From Amoebidium appalachense (Eukaryota; Protista; Ichthyosporea), in assembly GCA_963693365.1 (NCBI GenBank), contig CAVNZM010000002.1, positions 3,922,259 through 3,986,258 on the forward strand: a stretch of DNA of 64,000 bases, given 5' to 3'. Position 1 is the stretch's first letter, and every line of letters begins with the position of its first letter. Below are positions 1 through 17,179 of the stretch, one piece after another. Made by a program: the position numbers and the translations under genes. A model generated the notes under the pieces. The model was not told the DNA's origin. It made no database searches and was given only the letters and a program-made list of their open reading frames with translations.

Positions 1-27
1 ATCTTAACAGTAAATATTTAGCACCAT

Positions 28-311
28 ACCACGCAGTCTGCATTGAGTGTGAGCCTCTTTAGGGTCAGGATTGAGTTATAGGGTACCCACTAGCAGTATC
101 CATACTATAATCTTAATTTTAACACTAAAGATTAACGCATAAAACACAGTCTGCGTTGAGTGTGAGCCTCTTTAGGCTGAGGATTGAGTTGTAGGGTTGC
201 ACTAGCAGCATCCATACTATAATTTTAATTTTAACACTAAAGAATAACACATACCACACAGTCTGCGTTGAGTGTGAGCCTCTTTAGGGTGAGGATTGAG
301 TTGTAGGGCTG
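28..311. repeat. ~116-bp tandem repeat (~2.4 copies) inside the gamma-tubulin intron
   Basis: The unit cagtctgc(a/g)ttgagtgtgagcctctttagg..gaggattgagtt..cactagcag.atccatactataat recurs at ~35, ~147 and ~259. Confidence 0.85.
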
Positions 312-775
312 CACGACAATGTCGCTGCTCTCCTCCTGGTTGGGAAACACACTGTACGTCTGCACCAGCTGTTTTTTTGTTTTGTTTTTTTGTTTTTTTT
401 TTGTTTTTGTTTTTTTTGGGGGGGGGGGGGGGGGGGGGGAGGGGGGGGGGGGGGGGGGGAGGGGGGGATGTTAGTATGGGTGAATTTAGTACCTTTAAAC
501 GCCAAATGTTGTAGTGTGAGCATGGAATTTATGAAAATGTTAGACGGAACGAAGTACCAATCTATTATTAGCTAATTACATTAGATACACATAAAACAAA
601 TAAATGCATACAAAGGGCCAAAAAAAAAAAAAAAAACTAAAAGGCCATGCAAAGGGTATGCCAGGGGGGGGGGGGGGGGGGGGGGGGGGGAAGGGAAAGG
701 AATGTAACAAAAGTGTCGCCCATTCTCAAGCTGGGGGCAAATCAGCCCAGAGGGGGAGGGGGAGGGGGGACTTGC

Positions 776-4648
<3,873 letters not shown>

Positions 4649-5065
4649 GGTGCCGCATAGACCCCGCCTGGGCTGTGCGCTGTATTTGGTTCCGTGTCTG
4701 GTTGTGGTTCTCAAGATGCAGGATGTAGGAAGAAAGAGTGCGAACTACTGCGAAAAGTTGACAAACTGTATATGCGAGTGAAGATTAGCAAAAGCTTCAA
4801 TCTTTTTGAGGAGTACTCTTTCCCTAGAAAGTGCCCTGGATCGAGAAAACACAATTCACGCATGACATAAACTCGTTTTGAAACCCACACGTAACCGTAG
4901 CTACTTCAAGGAGGGAGGTTCAGAGCTCCCGGAGTTACCTGCCGACCAAAGGAACGCGCTCTTTCTTTCCTCCCTTTCCAAATTAACTACAACAGTGGCT
5001 CTAGTAAAAAATTTGGGGAGAGAGGACGAATGAGGAATTTTTTCCTCTTTTCTTTCTCTCTCTCT

Positions 5066-5107
<42 letters not shown>

Positions 5108-5933
5108 TTTTTTTCCTTTCGGCAACTCGGAGTTGTCGTCGCGATCGGCTCGGAGTGTGCTATGTTCTCCCTAGTTACACATTCAAGCATATTGATTGGT
5201 TTAGGCTTATCGTGCGCGCGATCAGTAATCACCCTGGATCCTCGCCTGTAGGCTAAGTTGAACACCCGACATGTCACGGCCCTCTTTCAGAGGGCCGTGG
5301 ACATGTGCACGGAAAAAAAATCTGCACAAGTGCATGCATTCCGAGAAAATCTAGTCGCTATTCAATAAATAGCTACAATATTGCAAATTTAGAGGGGCTA
5401 TCCTCAGTACATGGAGACGCAATATCTTTATGGTGGACATGGTGAGGTCCGGCTTCGGGGGCCAGATGCTCAGCGATCGCGGTGCGATCGGTCCGATCTA
5501 CTCTATCAGTCTCCTGGATCGTATCCTGTGACCTGTTTGTCCGCCGGCCCTGTAGCCTGGCAGGCCGCGAGCCGCACATGCACTCTTAGCACAAGAAAAG
5601 TTAGAGTTGAAAAAAAAAGATCCCATAAAGACAATATTTGAATGCTTTTGTAGTTCTTTTTTGTATCGCTTTATGTTGTAAGCATCCTGTTAATATTGCC
5701 AGCTGATGAGATCTTGAGAAGCTCGCGCCGCGTGGCTCGCGACTGCGTCATCACTCTGTTCTGGTTGGATAATGTTTTTGCCAGTGCGGTCACACGTGTC
5801 GGCCGAGTCAAAAAGCGCACTCGCTTTTCTTTTTGTTCCACACCAAGTTCTTTGTTTTCACGTTCTCTCTTCTGGTCTGTTGTACCAGAAGTTATAGGTA
5901 GCTTGTCACGTTTAGGGGAAGTATAGGGAGAGA
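4649..5933. promoter_or_regulatory. Divergent intergenic region between gamma-tubulin and Tom20-SET, with a central 17-bp palindrome (5269-5306)
   Basis: The two ATGs are head-to-head ~1.29 kb apart and the region is nearly free of CA/G-run repeats. It contains ACATGTCACGGCCCTCT-TTC-AGAGGGCCGTG(G)ACATGT. Confidence 0.5.
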
Positions 5934-8725
5934 ATGAGCAACAACAAGGGTATTGTTTACGGTGTGGGTGCCGTTGCGGCACTGGTGAGCGCCTTCTTGG
6001 TGCTCGACTATGTTCGCAGGTCCGACCCGACGTACAAGGACAAGATCAAGCAACGTAGGTACCCTGCTTGTCCAGAATTCAAGGAGATTGAACGGCGGTT
6101 TTTGCGCAAAACAGGGTGCATGTTACAGCGGTTATGGAGCAACGAAGGGGATGCCGGGCGTCAATATAGTATGAGTGGAAGTGTGACATCCCGAGGTTTT
6201 TGGGTGGTTGGTTTTTAGAGTGACACGAGCTCGGTACATTCTTCTCATCTTCCTTTCAATCTTTCAACTACCTCTAACATAGATTTCCCTTTTTATTTCC
6301 CACATTCGACCACCACACACCCCTCTCCCTTTCTCTTTCCCCATCCTCTCCCTGCCCAATCCCCCACCAACCGTTCCCCTTCTGCTCTTGCACCTCGCCC
6401 CCCCCCCCCCCTCGCCCTCCCCGCCTTCCTCTTCTCTTATCCCCCCTCCTCCCTTTCCTCTCCCCTCCCATCTTCCCCTCTTTCTGCCCCCCCTTTTCCT
6501 TCTTCCCCGCCCCCCCCTTTCCCCTTCGCTCTTCCCCCTCCCCCTTCCCCCACTAGGCCGTAAGCAGTCCAAGGCCGAGGCAGCGTCCAAGCGCAACTCG
6601 CAGGCGCAGGTAGCCGAGCAGGCCATGGCCCAGCAGGCCGAACAGGCGGAGCTGGCGGCCAAGCAGAAGCTGCTGACCCAGGAGCTGGAGCAGGGCCAGC
6701 TGGCCCTGGTGCAGAGTACGTGTGTGTGCGTGTGTGGGGGGGGGAGGGGGGGTGAGGGGTGTGCGCACGTCCGTGCGTGCTTGCAAAATGTGTGTGTGCA
6801 TGCGTGGGTGGGTGTTTTGTGTGTGTGAGTGGATGGGTGTGTTGTGTGTGTGTGTGTGTATGTCTGTGCATGTGGGTTGGTGTTTTTGTGCATGTGGGTG
6901 GGTGGGTGGATGTGCTGATGGGTGGGCTTGTGTTATCAGGGGGGCCGTGGGGGGAGGGAGGGGGGCGGAAGGGGAGGCACAGGCAGAGGGGTTCGGGGGG
7001 AGGAGTGGGTGGGTAGGTGGGTAAGTTTGTGTGGGTCTGGGTGTGAGTGTGGGGGGGGGGGGTCTGTTCGTGTATGTGAATTTTTTTGAGGTTTTATTTG
7101 GTTTTTTTTTTTTGGGGGGGGGGGGGGGGGGCCAGCTGTGTGGTAGTCGTGATGTCTGGCAGAGTTCAGCAGTGAGCTTGGATATGGGGAGGGGGGGGGG
7201 GGCGGGGGGCTGAAAAGATAAAGGTGTGGTGAAGCTTTCGATGAATGGTGCCTCAGGGTTGTGCACAGGCTAGAGGGGGGAGGGGGGAGGGAGGATGCAG
7301 ATACCTGAAGAACATTTGTAGGACATGCCGATTGACAATAGGTGACACGGGTGTAAATAACGCAAACGGCGAGAAGGAGCAGTGGGAAGGGGGGGGGGTG
7401 GCGCCGGGGGGGGGGGGGGGGGGGGGGCTGATCACGGAAGTCACGGAACATGTGGCTTGTGAATGAAGGGGTTGCCCGTTATTTGGCACGCCCAATGTGT
7501 ACATACACATGTGAATGCCTTTTTTCATGAAATTCGTTGCCCCCCTCCCCCCCCCCCCCAAAAAAAAAAAAAAAAAAAAAAAAAAAGCCTTCCGGGTGGT
7601 TCATGTTGTAATGAGGTTGTTGAATCTTTTTCATCTCGACAGGGGATTTCGAGAAGGCCGCGCTCCACTTTGCCAATGCCGTGAAGGCCAGCGACAGCCC
7701 CATGGACATTGCTCTCTTCCTCAAGCAGAACCTGGAGCCCCAGGTGTTCGAGCTCATGATGAAGAACCTGGACCCCGAGGTGTGTTTTTTTAGTTTTTAC
7801 TGTTAATTTTTTACTTTTCTGTGGTTTAACTTTGGGAGGGGGGGGGGGGGATGGCTCTGGAAAGTGCGGAATCTCAATCGTTGGTTTGTCTCTTCATGTG
7901 TGTGTGTGTGTATGTGTGTGTGTGTGAAGAGGGGGGGGGGGGGGGGGGGATGAATAAGTGGTGAGCATGATTCCACGCTAGTGGAGGTGTGTGTTTGGTG
8001 CAGGGGGAGGGAAGAGGGGGGGGGGGGGAGGGAGGAAAGAGGGGGGTTATTACGGTTGGGTCCAAACTTGGTGTTCGGTGCCCGAGGAATGCACAGGATG
8101 CACTCGCGTTACACGTGTACGTGGAGGCATCAACAGCCAGACACGCAGACCCGTGCACATATATATCCATAAACACATGTGCGAGGCATGCGACACTTGC
8201 ATACACGCACACATGCAGGCTTCACACACATGATTTTGCAGTGGGTTTGACGTCATAAGGACATATATGAACCAAACAGCGCATCCACCCACTCGCTTTC
8301 ACGAGATCATTTGCCCATGCTGACATACGGGTTACACAATATGTTTTTATTTATCATAAATGTTGCTACATCAATCTTTCATTCAACTAATGAAGTGCTG
8401 CGTGTGCTCCAGGTGTTCCGTGACAAGTACTTCGACAAGTTCCCTGGTGAGGCGTCTGGTATGGTGATCAAGGTGTGTGGTTGCTTATTCCCCCCCCCCC
8501 CCCCCGTCACGCACACACACACACACACACACTCTCTCTCTCTCTCTCTCTCCCCCCCCCCCCCCCTATCTCTGTGCACCCCCCTCTCTAGTCACCGGAG
8601 TCATTATCAACTCCTCTCTCAGACAGGTGTCTTGTAGGTGTATATCTACGGATGATATGTGTGTGCGTACTTGATGGTGGCTGTGTGAGCCGGTGGGCTT
8701 GTGCTCTTGTGCCCTCACACGTGTA

Positions 8726-8765
<40 letters not shown>

Positions 8766-9381
8766 CAGACTCAGACTCAGACTCTCCATGTGCGCCGACC
8801 TCTTCTGTTACCGTGTGTATATGTTCCACATGTATACACACGCACTCAGACATACACACTCGTACAACCTCTCACGAGTCCGTATTCCGAGGGAGAAAGG
8901 GAGGAGAAGGATAGTGGTGTGTGCCTCCCCCCTAGGGGAGTGTATGTTTGGGGGGCTGGGGTAGGGGAAGCTTCAGGAGGAAGGCTGATGTGAACACAAG
9001 AATTTTAGACGCAAAGGGCAGGTGTGCGTGTACGTGTGTGTGTGTGTGTAGTGTGTAGTGTGCATGTGCCCATGTATGTTTAGTGCACCAGTGTTTTTTT
9101 TTTTTTGAGGGGGGGGAGGGGGCAGTAATGTAACACTATGGCACATCCCACAGAACGTGGAGCAGGCAGACAAGCAGCGCGCCGTCTTTGCCCTGCGTGA
9201 CTTTGCGGAGGGAGAGGAGATCACATCAGAGCTGCCCTTCGCAAGCTCCCTGCGCCCCACAGTCATGGTATTGCATCCCTCCCCCCCCCCCTCCCCCCCC
9301 CCCAATCTGACACACACACACTCTCTCTCTCTCTCTTTCTCTTTCTCTCTCTCTCTCTCTCTCTCCCCCCCCCCCCCCCCC

Positions 9382-9412
<31 letters not shown>

Positions 9413-9995
9413 ACTGCATATTATTTGCGTGTATGTACGTTTAACATATGTCCCTCGCACTCAAACCGTTTGACACTCCCCCCCTCCCCCCTCCCCCTCG
9501 CCTTTCCCACCCTCCCTCCTACACCTTCACATGAATTGACAACCTTCCGGGATATATTCCTTTCAGCAGTAGTCGTATGTAAGCCATTGCAGTAACGACT
9601 TAATTGCGTTGAGGGAGCTTCACCAAGTTCTGCCTCCTTCACCACCCCTCCCCACCCCCAGCTCCCCCCAGGGGGGATTCGTTTTCACCATCACGAATCA
9701 GCCAATATCGCTTTATAAGAAGTGCAAACCTCTTTTATGATCGATATTCACGTTTTCGTTTTCTCTTTTCCTTTTTTCTCTTTTAGGACGGTAGCCACTG
9801 TGCGCGCTGCTTCTGCAAGGTGACGGGCAACCCCGTCCCCGCCACCACCATGGCTGGAGAGTCATACTGCTCCGAAACCTGCCGTGGTATGTCTCTCTTC
9901 CCCTCCCCCCCCCCCCTCCCCCCCCCCCCCCCCCCCCAACCAACCAACCAACCACCACCAGAAGGGACCCAGTGTAGATGTATGAGCTGTTAGTT

Positions 9996-10027
<32 letters not shown>

Positions 10028-11020
10028 CATCTCCCTTCCCCCTAACAGCCACAAAACAGGCATCCCTTCCCCCTTGTTGCCACCTTCCAATGTTAGAATA
10101 TACAGAAACATACTGATGTCCACATGAATTGTGTTTCCACCTTCTCTCGCCCGCTTCGTATTGTTGGTGTGCCAAGCTTAATCTGACCCCCCTCCCCCCG
10201 CCGCCCCTCGATATATACATACAAATACATGCCGAACGCGCCCACACACGTTCATGTACACCTGCACATGCGCTCGTGCAGACATACACTTTGCACATAC
10301 AATACACGTACATACACACACACAAATTCGCACACGTGCACACGCACACACTTACCCACACTCATGAACCACACGTCCACACACACACACACGTGCACAC
10401 GAACACACGCTTACACACACACATCTACACGTACACATCCACACGTACATACACACACACACAGACGCGGCCAACGAGGAGTACTACGGCAAGTTTGGGG
10501 ATGCCGATGCCTGGGCGCAGATTGTTGCACTTGCGGCCGAGCAGGGGCGCACTGAGCCCTTCATGGTGGCCAAGCTGCTGGCCAGGGTCTTCAGCACTAG
10601 GCTGGCCGACAGCACCGCAGACATTGCTCACCTGCACTTCGTGTACGTGCCTCTCGCACTCATGCTTGGATGGATCGGGGGGGGGGGGGGGGGGGGGGGG
10701 GGAGGGAGTGCGGCAGATACTGTGCACCTGCATTTTGTGTATGCCTGTGTGTGGGTTATGAAAGGGTGGGGGGAGGAAGGGGGGGGGGGGGGGGGGAGTG
10801 TTCTGTACAACTGGCTGATAGCACCTTAGACACATCTGAACTTGGTGTATGTGTACCCCTGTGTGTGTTTGTGGTGTGTGTGTGGAGGGGGGGGGGGGGG
10901 GGCTTGTCACGGCAGACATTGCCCTCACGTTGTGTACATGTCTGTCTGGGTAAGTGGGTGGGTGGGTGGGCGGATACGGGCTGGGGGAAAGTGTGGGTGG
11001 GGTGGTTATGTGGGGGAGAT

Positions 11021-11051
<31 letters not shown>

Positions 11052-12057
11052 CTAGTGACGGTGGGCATGCGTGTTGGCAGGAGTTTTTTGAATAGAGCAA
11101 TTTTGATACTTTGAAATGCTGTGTGCCTGAGACAAAACTGTTTGCACACGCCTATTGGTACTGTTTGCACACACTCTTTAGTCTGTTGCACACACTATTG
11201 GTACTGATTGCACACATTCTTTGGTCTGTTGCACACACTATTGGTACTGATTGCACACGACTTGTACAGGGAGCCTCTGCCCACGATGACACCTGTGATG
11301 AGGCAGGAGTCTGAACTGCTTAAAAGGGTCATCAAGATCGAATCCATCGAACAGCGTACGTGGGTGTGGGTAAGGGTGGGTGTATGTGTGGGTGGGGATG
11401 GGGGTGGGTGTATGTGGTTGCACGTGTGTGGGTGGGTGGGTGGGTGAAAAGGTTTACGCGTGTGTATGTGTACTTGTGTGGGTGGGTGGGTGTTGTGTGG
11501 GTGTATATACGTGTATGCACGTGTGTGGGTGTATATGTACGTGTGTGGGTGCGGTGTTTTGGGGGAGGTGGGGGGAGGGGGGAGGGATGGTGTGTGCGTA
11601 TGGGTGTGTGTGTGTGTGTGTGTATGGTGTGTGCATGTTTACGTGTATGTGCATTCGTCCACATGTCGTGTCGTGTGTCTATGTTGGTGTGCTGCAGGCG
11701 TTTGCCTTGTGAGTGGATGAGCAGATGCGATGCACATGCTGGCTATAGCAGAGGCGTGTATGTGATCGTGATGTGCGGGGGTGTGAGTACCTGTGTGCGG
11801 GGGGTGCGGGGGAGCGGAGGAGGGGGGGGGGGGGAGGGGAGGATGCATCCGGTGTTCGAACATTTAGGAACATAGTGCTGACGTGTGTTTTTGTGTAGTG
11901 GTGAACGATGAGAGCTACACGGCCATGGTGGGCAAGGTCAACACAAACGAGATCCCAGTGGTCGTCGACGGCCAGGTACTGCCTGCACACGGTTTTTTCT
12001 TTTGTTTTGTTTTGTTTTTCCCTCCCTCCCTGTTGAAAAATGTACTCCGTACACGCA

Positions 12058-12100
<43 letters not shown>

Positions 12101-12170
12101 GCTACCCCTTGCCCTTGCACACTTGTAACCACCCGTCGTCGAAGCTGTCACCTTGTTGCTCTTTCCTTCT

Positions 12171-12201
<31 letters not shown>

Positions 12202-12213
12202 CTCTCTCCTCCC

Positions 12214-12273
<60 letters not shown>

Positions 12274-12693
12274 CAGTATCTGAGGTGGGATATCGTTGAC
12301 GAGGTGAATGGTAGAAACTCGGGTGTTGTTGATAGCTTGAGCCCCCACCTTGAAGATTGGCTCTGCTTATTATGCATACTCTTCGTGTGTACTTGCACTC
12401 TGCATTGTGTTGTCCGTCATGAATATGTGCTTAGTGTTCTATAATGTGATTGTGTACCTTCATTTTCTGTAACACACTCTACCCTCCTCTCCCCCCCCCC
12501 CCCCCCCCCCCCCGCCCCCCTCCCCCCTCCCCAAACAGCGCGTTGCAGATGCCGTGTACCTGATTGGCTCGTACTTCAACCACTCGTGTGAGCCCAACAT
12601 GAAGCTGGTATTCAACGCCGGCAACCACAAGGTCTCATATGTGGCCACAAAGTATGAAACCTTCCCCCCCCCCCCCCCCCCCTCCCCCTTCGC

Positions 12694-12749
<56 letters not shown>

Positions 12750-13012
12750 TGTGTGTGTGTAAGGAAAGGGGACATGCAGATGCAAACGATTGTGGTCTCG
12801 GTGTTAGGGTTGGGGTGTGGTTGGGTGCATAGTTTGTGTGTGTGCATGTGTTCCTGTGCATATGTGTGTGTGTGGACTAAGGTTGCGGGCATTGTGTTTA
12901 TGTGCATGCCTGCCAGCATGTGTACATGTGTGGGTGGGCTACATGTGTTTGCACGCACATTGCATGCTTACACCAGCACACACACAAACTTATACCACTC
13001 ACACCCACACAT

Positions 13013-13047
<35 letters not shown>

Positions 13048-13438
13048 TACAGATGTGATATGTTGACATCATGTGCATGCAGCACAAAACAAACAGTAGG
13101 CAAATAAAAAGATGAGAGAGATCCACATACAATCAGAATGATTCATTAATTTCAGAATCAGGGGCTATCAATGAATGCAATGAGCGAGTGTTCACGTAAA
13201 AACGAGCAAAGTGGAAGTGGTCAAATGGATACAAAATAATAACTTTCAATATGATAGAATTTTCCATTTATTTTTTGGGTCATTACTGACATTTTGAAAT
13301 TTTAAAATCAGGGCCATTAAGAAGGGGGATGAGATCATGCGCACGTACATCGATCTTGAGGGCAAGGACGCGACACAGCGCAAGGCCGAGCTGCAGTCCC
13401 GCTACAAGTTCACCTGCGACTGCCCCCAGTGCAAGTAA
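5934..13438 (+). CDS. TOM20: Tom20 (MAS20) mitochondrial import receptor fused to a SMYD-type SET/post-SET methyltransferase domain, 423 aa
   Basis: Exons 5934-6054, 6557-6715, 7643-7779, 8413-8472, 9154-9267, 9787-9886, 10465-10642, 11270-11355, 11899-11975, 12539-12651 and 13312-13438 total 1272 nt, all GT-AG, one frame. The N-terminal TM anchor is followed by DYVRRSDPTYKDKIKQRR, QELEQGQLALVQRDFEKAALHFANAV and LKQNLEPQVFELMM (Tom20). Then come VFALRDFAEGEEI, CARC..YCSETC, YFNHSCEPN, IKKGDEIMRTY and FTCDCPQC (SET/MYND-like/post-SET). Confidence 0.9.
11140..11260. repeat. ~44-bp tandem repeat (~3 copies) just upstream of acceptor 11269
   Basis: The unit tgttgcacacactattggtactgattgcacac recurs. 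Confidence 0.8.
12407..12432 (+). repeat. Copy of the dispersed intronic element (Tom20-SET intron 9)
   Basis: GTGTTGTCCGTCATGAATATGTGCTT. Confidence 0.75.
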
Positions 13439-14126
13439 ATTTTAAATTATAAATTTGAAACTTTGTTTTGGTGGGGACTTGTCGTTGGTTGTTCCGGCTT
13501 GCTCGGCTGGTTATAGGTTATGTGTGGATTTGGGTGATGGTGTTTCTTGAATGTTTTCTCTCGCTACAGTTATATCTATTCTGTAGGGGGGAATGTTTTT
13601 GGTGGGTTGAAGGTTCACTTGAAGCAATTACTTTAGCGTGGAGTGTGGAAGTAGGGGGCCACTCGGCGCAGTGTATAGATGCTTATATCCTAGGCCTGAG
13701 CAAAAAAGAAAACTACATGCGAGCTGGCATTATGGCCGGTTACGTCTTATGTATCAGCCAGCACCCACCTTTCGGTTTCATGCTCTACACCCTTGCACAC
13801 TTTTTTTTTTTGTTTTACATGGCACTTGCCAAAGGGCGTACACGATAACAATACACTTTCTGTTATCGTTTACCATATGTGCATGGTGTGTTTACCCGCA
13901 CGCACAAAACACTAAATGCAGTTTTTGACACTTAGACCTGCTCATTTATGCATCTTGGCTTCTTGGTGGGTGATGCAGGCTGTGCCTGCGCTGTGATTTC
14001 ACCGACCAGTCTCCAACTAAACATTCATTGCACAAATCAACATTCAAATAAACCTTGCCTGCACCAATCGAAGGGGGTGAGAGTAATTACAAAGACATCC
14101 CCCCCCCCCTCCCCCCCCCCCCCCCC

Positions 14127-14175
<49 letters not shown>

Positions 14176-16146
14176 GATGCCTTATGTATGATAATCATGG
14201 GTTCTTATAGTAGCTTTGAAGTCTTTCTTGTTTAGCTCTACTCTTGTTTAAATTTTCATGTGATTGGTTAGTTCGTTGTGCCTGTTCTCCTATTTTCAAT
14301 AGTAGAGGACCGCAAACATCCTAATGCGATTTATTAATTAAAGTTTCGCGGATCGGTTTTATTAGTTGTACAGCCTGCTCTTTCAGCTAGTGCTTATGCA
14401 TGGTTTGCGCCCGTGCTTTGGGTACGCATACGATTGCCAGTCGCATATATTGAGTTGTATGTAGATCTTTCAAACTTCGTGCAGTAATTATACACGGTGC
14501 CCATCGGTGTTAGTGCAATCATGCGAGTTGTGGTAGAGAGAGAGAGAGGAGGGGGGGGGGGGGGGGAGGGGGTGACTTCTGGTATGCATATGTTCGCATG
14601 TGTATGCATGCGCGGCGCGTGTGCGGTGGACCAGGTGCTGCGAGGCGAGACAGCATATGTTTGCATGTGTGTGCGCGCGTGTGTTTTTGCACTCTTAATT
14701 TGTGCTCGCAAATGTGTGGTGGTGCTGCAGGGCGAGACGGCCCTTAAGCCTTTGCGTGCATGTGTGAAGCTCGAGGGCAGGCGTGCGGCATTTCCCCGGG
14801 AGAAGGGGGGGGGGGGGGGGGGGGGGGGGGAGGGGGGGGGGGGGGGGGGGGGGGGAGAGCTGGAGGACGGCCGGCTGGAAGTTTCACCACATCATTTCTC
14901 CTATACACAGCTACAGGACTTTTACCGATGTATGTGTATCTGATTGTGCCTCGAGTTACACGCCTACGGTTTCACTGATATAAGTAGCCGGTTACTCAGC
15001 TGCTTACCTGTCAGGCATCGCATGCATTTGCAAGCGTTTGCAAGGGTCCCGGGTAACTCTGACGTTTTGCGCATGCAGAAGCAGCAGTTATTTGAGACTC
15101 GTGTATGCCTCTTTAGCTAATCAATGATACGGAGGCTATATATTAGAGAGGCCTGCACAACTAGTCAGGACGCGCCAGCTGCACATAGTGATACAACTGA
15201 GTGCATCCTTGTTTAAAAATTAGTGCGTAATACTATACATTGCCCCAATCAATACCACCCCATGATCATGATGTAGATTCGTAGTATTTAGGTTTAGTTG
15301 GAGTTCACACGGCTTTGACCACAAATTTCCAATGTGCCTGCAAGGTTTTCGCGACATTATCACGACGCGCGCAAAAACTCAAAGTGGAAACTAGACGTCA
15401 TGCAATTTGACAAAAATACGACGAGAGGTTCGTTGGTTTGCCATGCCGCATGTGTGGATCGCTTTCCTTTTTTGGCATGGCACATGGCACATTTGCTGAT
15501 AACCACCAGATTAGTTATTAACAATATGTTGCATCTGTGTCAGGGATAGTTGTTCTTCTTGTATGCCCATCTTTCCTGCCACAAACGCAAATTACTGCAC
15601 GGTATCGATTTGCGAGCATTTGCGTCGAATCTCCACGTTTATTGATCGAGAATTGGCACGGCCAAGAACCCTGCATTCATATGCACGAATCGATGCATAA
15701 ACACACAAACAATTAATACAAAAGAATACACATCTAGACACTGGGAAAATACACCACCATGCATTTATGTTATGCCACATCTGCAGCAAAATATCTGTCA
15801 CGTCATGTACACGATGGGCTTAGCCTCAGAATAGAGAGGTAAAGCCATATCTCCCGTTTTTAATATCTCATCCGTCTTGCAGCACTGAAAATCCATAAAC
15901 CGTTTTGAAGGGGAGGGGGAGGGGGAGGGGGGGGGGGATTTCATTTCCCGAATCGCGTCTAAAACTGAGCCCACATCAGCAGCCAATGAGGGTAAAACGA
16001 CACTTAGAACTTCGCGTAAATAATAAAAACCACCGTCAACGTATTGTGTTTTCCACCTTCAAACATCGTCATTCCGACCTGCCTTTACACGGCCATGCAT
16101 ATTCTCTTTATATGGTCAAAAAGTAAAGCGATAATTTTGTAGCCAA

Positions 16147-16247
16147 TCAGTGCTTGCTGTTAACTTTGCGGAATCTTCTCGAAGGCGCAGCGGCGGAAGA
16201 TGTCTCCGATTTGACGTCTTTGGCCATAGGCACGGTTTCCAGGACCT

Positions 16248-16307
<60 letters not shown>

Positions 16308-17123
16308 GTGTGCGTGTGTGCATGTGTGTGTGCGGGCGCGTGCGCGTGCGGGCGCGCGTGTGTGAACGCGCATGTGTTCATGAGCGTGCATGTGCAGGCA
16401 TGCCCATGTATGCGGATGTGGGTATGCCAGCACAAGATGTCAGCCATGTGTTACAATGTGTCTGCGTTAATCCGTGTAGGATTAAAATCCATAGTCTTGA
16501 GTCGTAGCAGTCACAAATAAGAGTTGTACGTTGAGATTGGTGCGCGTGTGCACTGGTGTGTGTATGTGTTTCGTGTGTGTGTGCATGTTCGTATGTGTGG
16601 CAACACCCTCCCACAACAAAAGCAAAGCAATCGTGCAGACAGGGGACACTCGGACAAAAGCCATCATCGTTGGCCGCGAGAAAGGGAAGGGAAGGCGGCC
16701 GGGGGAGGGGGGGGGGGGGGGGGGGGGGGGGGTCTGAGAACCTTTCCGATGGCCTTTGTTCTTCCGTCCCTGAACACGAGCCTCATGCCAAGGTTAAGAT
16801 GCTCCGGTCTCTGCATGAAGTGAAGGCGCACACGACACCGGTCACCTGTCCGCATGTTTTCCTGGTCCATGCTCACAATACGCGCCTGAAATTTGGGATA
16901 GATGTGAGATAGACATCGGATTTGTAAACAGCAGGCGGTTTGAATGTTTTTTTTTTCCCTTTCTTTCTTTATATATATATATATATATATATATATTTTT
17001 TGGGGGGGGGGGGGGGGGAGGGGGATGATGCATTTTTTTTTTTTTTTTTTTCACTTTCTTTTATATTTTACTTTTTGTTTTTTGTTACGATTTTTTGGTG
17101 GTGGTGGAGGTGGGTGGGTGGGT

Positions 17124-17179
<56 letters not shown>

